64,000 nt of DNA from Isurus oxyrinchus (taxonomy: Eukaryota): the NCBI GenBank assembly GCA_026770705.1, contig JANJGN010000210.1:310001-374000 (forward strand). Direction: 5' to 3'. The notes below the pieces were generated by a model. That model ran no database searches. It had not been told where the DNA came from and saw nothing but the letters and a program-made list of their open reading frames with translations. Each line of letters opens with the position of its first letter. Positions within the stretch are counted from its first letter, which is position 1. This document shows positions 61,078 to 64,000 of this stretch, piece after piece. Both the position numbers and the translations under genes were made by a program.

Positions 61078-61336
61078 TGTGGTTGTTCTTGATGCTGTCA
61101 GAGTGAGTTCACCCTCACAGGCAGGAAGACTGTTCACGGTGATAACATAAAACTGACACCTGCTGTTTCATTCTCAGGTAACACAACTTCCTGTTTCTCT
61201 GCTGCCGGTTCCTAACCGCACATCTCACTTCTGAGCAGAAAATAAATCCAGGGTCACAATCTGGTGAGAACATCTGTCAAGGCGGCTTATTTCTGGCCAC
61301 AGAGTCAGGGCAGAGTCACACAGATCACATTGCGGT
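61078..61336. promoter_or_regulatory. Candidate lymphoid enhancer (RUNX/ETS/E-box/GATA cluster)
   Basis: TGTGGTT 61078, CAGGAAG 61122, TGATAA 61140, CACCTG 61157, ACTTCCTG 61186, AACCGCA 61214, CATCTG 61271, TGCGGT 61331. Confidence 0.4.
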
Positions 61337-63104
61337 GACATTTACAAATGAGACCGTGTGATCCATTTAGAGCTTCCATTTCCAGGACATCACTGGATGG
61401 TCAGTCACTGAGCTCCCTCGGGTCCCTGAAGCTGGGAAATGAGATCTTAAAAGCTTTCATTTTTCGTTGTTATGCTCCACCACCCGCCCCCACTCTAATT
61501 CCCCCTCCACACCCCACCAACCCCCCTCTCCCCCACCCGCCATGCACACACACTCCCTACACATGCACTTTCCCTCGAAACTTGTTTCCTCTGTTTCTCT
61601 GCAACATTCCGTCTCCCTTTTTCATTTTAAGTTTCCTTCCCTTAGTTTTATTTCTGTCTCTTTCTCTGTGTATCTCTCTTCCCCTCCCTGTGTGTCGATT
61701 AAATAGAAGCGTTCAAAATCATGAAAGGTTTGTTAGTGTGAATGAAGAGAGACTAGTTCAACTGGTAGGAGGGTCGGTAACCAGGGGACGCAAATTTATT
61801 TTGTTGAACAGGAAGACAGGAGGATAATTGTTTATTTTTTTAACACGGCGAGTTGTTCTGAACTGGAATGCACAGCTTGGAAGGGTGATGGCACCAGACT
61901 AATAGTAACTTTGTAAAACGAATTCTATAAATAATTAAAGGCGTTAACAATTGAAGGATTACAGGGAATGGGGCCAATTCAAATGCTCATCTATCTCACT
62001 GTCCCAGCACCTTTCCTGTATCTACCTCGGTCCCTCATTGAGCCCAAATAAAATGCAGTAATTTTACAGCTTTCGTCTTCTGCTAACCCTGTCTTTTGAC
62101 AGCGCTTGAGTGCGTGTGAGTCGATAATTGCCAAGAATCATTCAGAAGTTCATTACTATTTACAAACCACTACTTTGAACAAAATAATAACACTGAGTAG
62201 TGCTTGTTTAGTAGAAAACACGATTATCTTTAACATTTTAAGCTCTGATTCTTCCTCTGGTGAGGTTTTGGTGTTTAATCCTTTCAGTCATCATGTGCCT
62301 CACGTTGAAGATTTAAACATTGGCGTGTTTGTCTGTGTAAATGGAGAACTGTCGGTAAGAATGAGAGGGAACAGATTATTTTCTGTTCCTCTGACAGATG
62401 CAGCATTGATCCTTCAGATATCAGAAATCTCTGGAGTCCGCCATGATGGTCCTCCCCTTGGGTAGAACATCTCTTAGTCAGGTGGAGTCAGTCTCCCGGG
62501 CCTCTGTCATGATGTTTCCGCTCCGTTTTTACCGCACAAATCCCTGGGTCACTCCCCATAACACAGAAGCCTGTGCTAAGGCCCTAAACATCATTGCTTC
62601 CTCACACTTTCACACCCTATTACAGTCAGGTGTTTATGAGATCCCCTGCCTCTCTTTATGTTAGATTACCAGCAGCCTTTGTTACTGACACACTGGAGCC
62701 GGCCTCTGTGATTATTATTGGACCAGGCCCCAGTTTGGCCCAGGTTCAGCAGTCAGAATTCCCTTTGCAAATCCAAGGAGTCAGAGGTTCTTTGTTTTTT
62801 TTGGAGAGGGCGGGAAGGTCAAAGCAGCAACAATGTCCCCAGGAACCCGTCCTTTGCTGGATAGAGGAACTGTCCAGAGTTTCTCTGTCTTTAATTCCTC
62901 CTCCTGAGTGTAAGGAAATAATGGATAAAAGAACAGAAAGGCTGACATATAAACTATCACTGTGAGCATTCGCCGTTATTAAGTGGTCAACTCTCTAGAT
63001 TGAGGCTTCAACCCACAACCGTTTGACCCAGGGGTAAAAGTGATGCTAATTCGTCAATTCTGACATAATGTCAGTTCCCATTGCATTAGTACAACGGCAA
63101 CACA

Positions 63105-63526
63105 TGACAGATGCTAGAAATCTAAAATAAAAACCGAAAGTGCTGGAAATCCTCAACAGGTCAGACAGCAAGTGTCGAGCCTGTTTGTTTTCCGGTTCGT
63201 CATATACTTTGCAGCCTTGGGGAAAGGGTGGAGAGGCGGGAGGATTTTGGAGGCTGATTAAAAACCGGCGTCTGTCACACGAACACGCTTCCCGTGGTCA
63301 ACGGAACTGGGCGTGGAATCTGAACATAGATCTTACAGCTGAAAAGCAGGAGGACCTCCAACTGTACCACTTGGGAGTGCAGTGGCTGTGGAGAGAAGCA
63401 GAGTTAAAGTTTCCAATCGATGACTCCGGTTCTGCTGAAGGGTCATCGCCATGAAACGTTCAATCTGTTTATCGCCACAGATTCTGCCTGACCTGCAGAG
63501 TGATTCCAGAATGTTATGTTGTATTT
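63105..63526. mobile_element. Old palindromic Penelope-end element split by a ~200-bp insertion
   Basis: Left arm 63107-63180 and 63385-63425; right arm from ggtt-CTGCTGA-agggtc...GAAAcgtt (63428) to 63526. Confidence 0.55.
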
Positions 63527-64000
63527 GCTATTACACTAGACTTTGTCACTGTTATTGCACCAACTCCATCCCATTCATATTTCAGTCGTGTTTGACTCTG
63601 TTATTAGGCATTAGGCAAAAGATTTGCTATTGTATCAATTGGCGCTGTCTCACACAAACTATTATATCAGACCCAACTTCGATTTGGGTGGATCGGGTGC
63701 TGACTGTGTCATTAACACACTGGATCCAGTGATGTATTCAGTGATGCACTGCAACCTGCTATCCTCTGTTAACATCAAACATTGCACCAATTACACAGAG
63801 CTTTACCGCTTTTAATCTGTTCTCTATATCCAATCTCATTGTATAGAACGCTGTCTCTGTAATGGTTGCCCGAAAAGCCTACATGTCATTCAATTCTAAT
63901 GCAAACCTCTCTCATTATTTCTGAAAATCTTGTGCCAATCAGTTTTCAATAGTAACCTGATTCTGATATTGTTAATGTTGACCCTGTTTCTGCTAGTGTT

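Noticed and set aside
62720-62969. Possible minus-strand exon after an acceptor-like ttccttacactcag
   Set aside because: All frames close quickly and I recognise no homology.

Overview
Repeat-rich cartilaginous-fish (shark-type) genomic DNA; not prokaryotic. The core is one complete, germline-unrearranged IgM heavy-chain minicluster on the minus strand (~10.7-29.4 kb): promoter, leader, VH, D1, D2, JH, Cmu1-4 with secretory tail, TM1 and TM2. All RSSs (23; 12/22; 12/12; 23), splice sites and reading frames are intact, but a 220-N assembly gap lies in the J-C intron. The left flank holds a GC-box/CCAAT promoter, a C2H2 zinc-finger pseudogene and decayed tRNA genes. The right ~30 kb is mostly a 27/54-bp satellite interrupted by CR1, L2, RTE, SINE and Penelope insertions. 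Main points of interest: (1) a ~1.7-kb, 24-bp-unit array in the JH-Cmu1 intron that is G-rich on the non-template strand, like a switch region; (2) short, often palindromic Penelope-derived insertions with 10-11-bp TSDs and minimal hammerhead-ribozyme motifs; (3) a Cmu2 domain with a 7-residue deletion and an altered Cys/Trp pattern; (4) candidate lymphoid enhancer and insulator motifs. Most short ORFs in the supplied track come from repeats or retroelement fragments.
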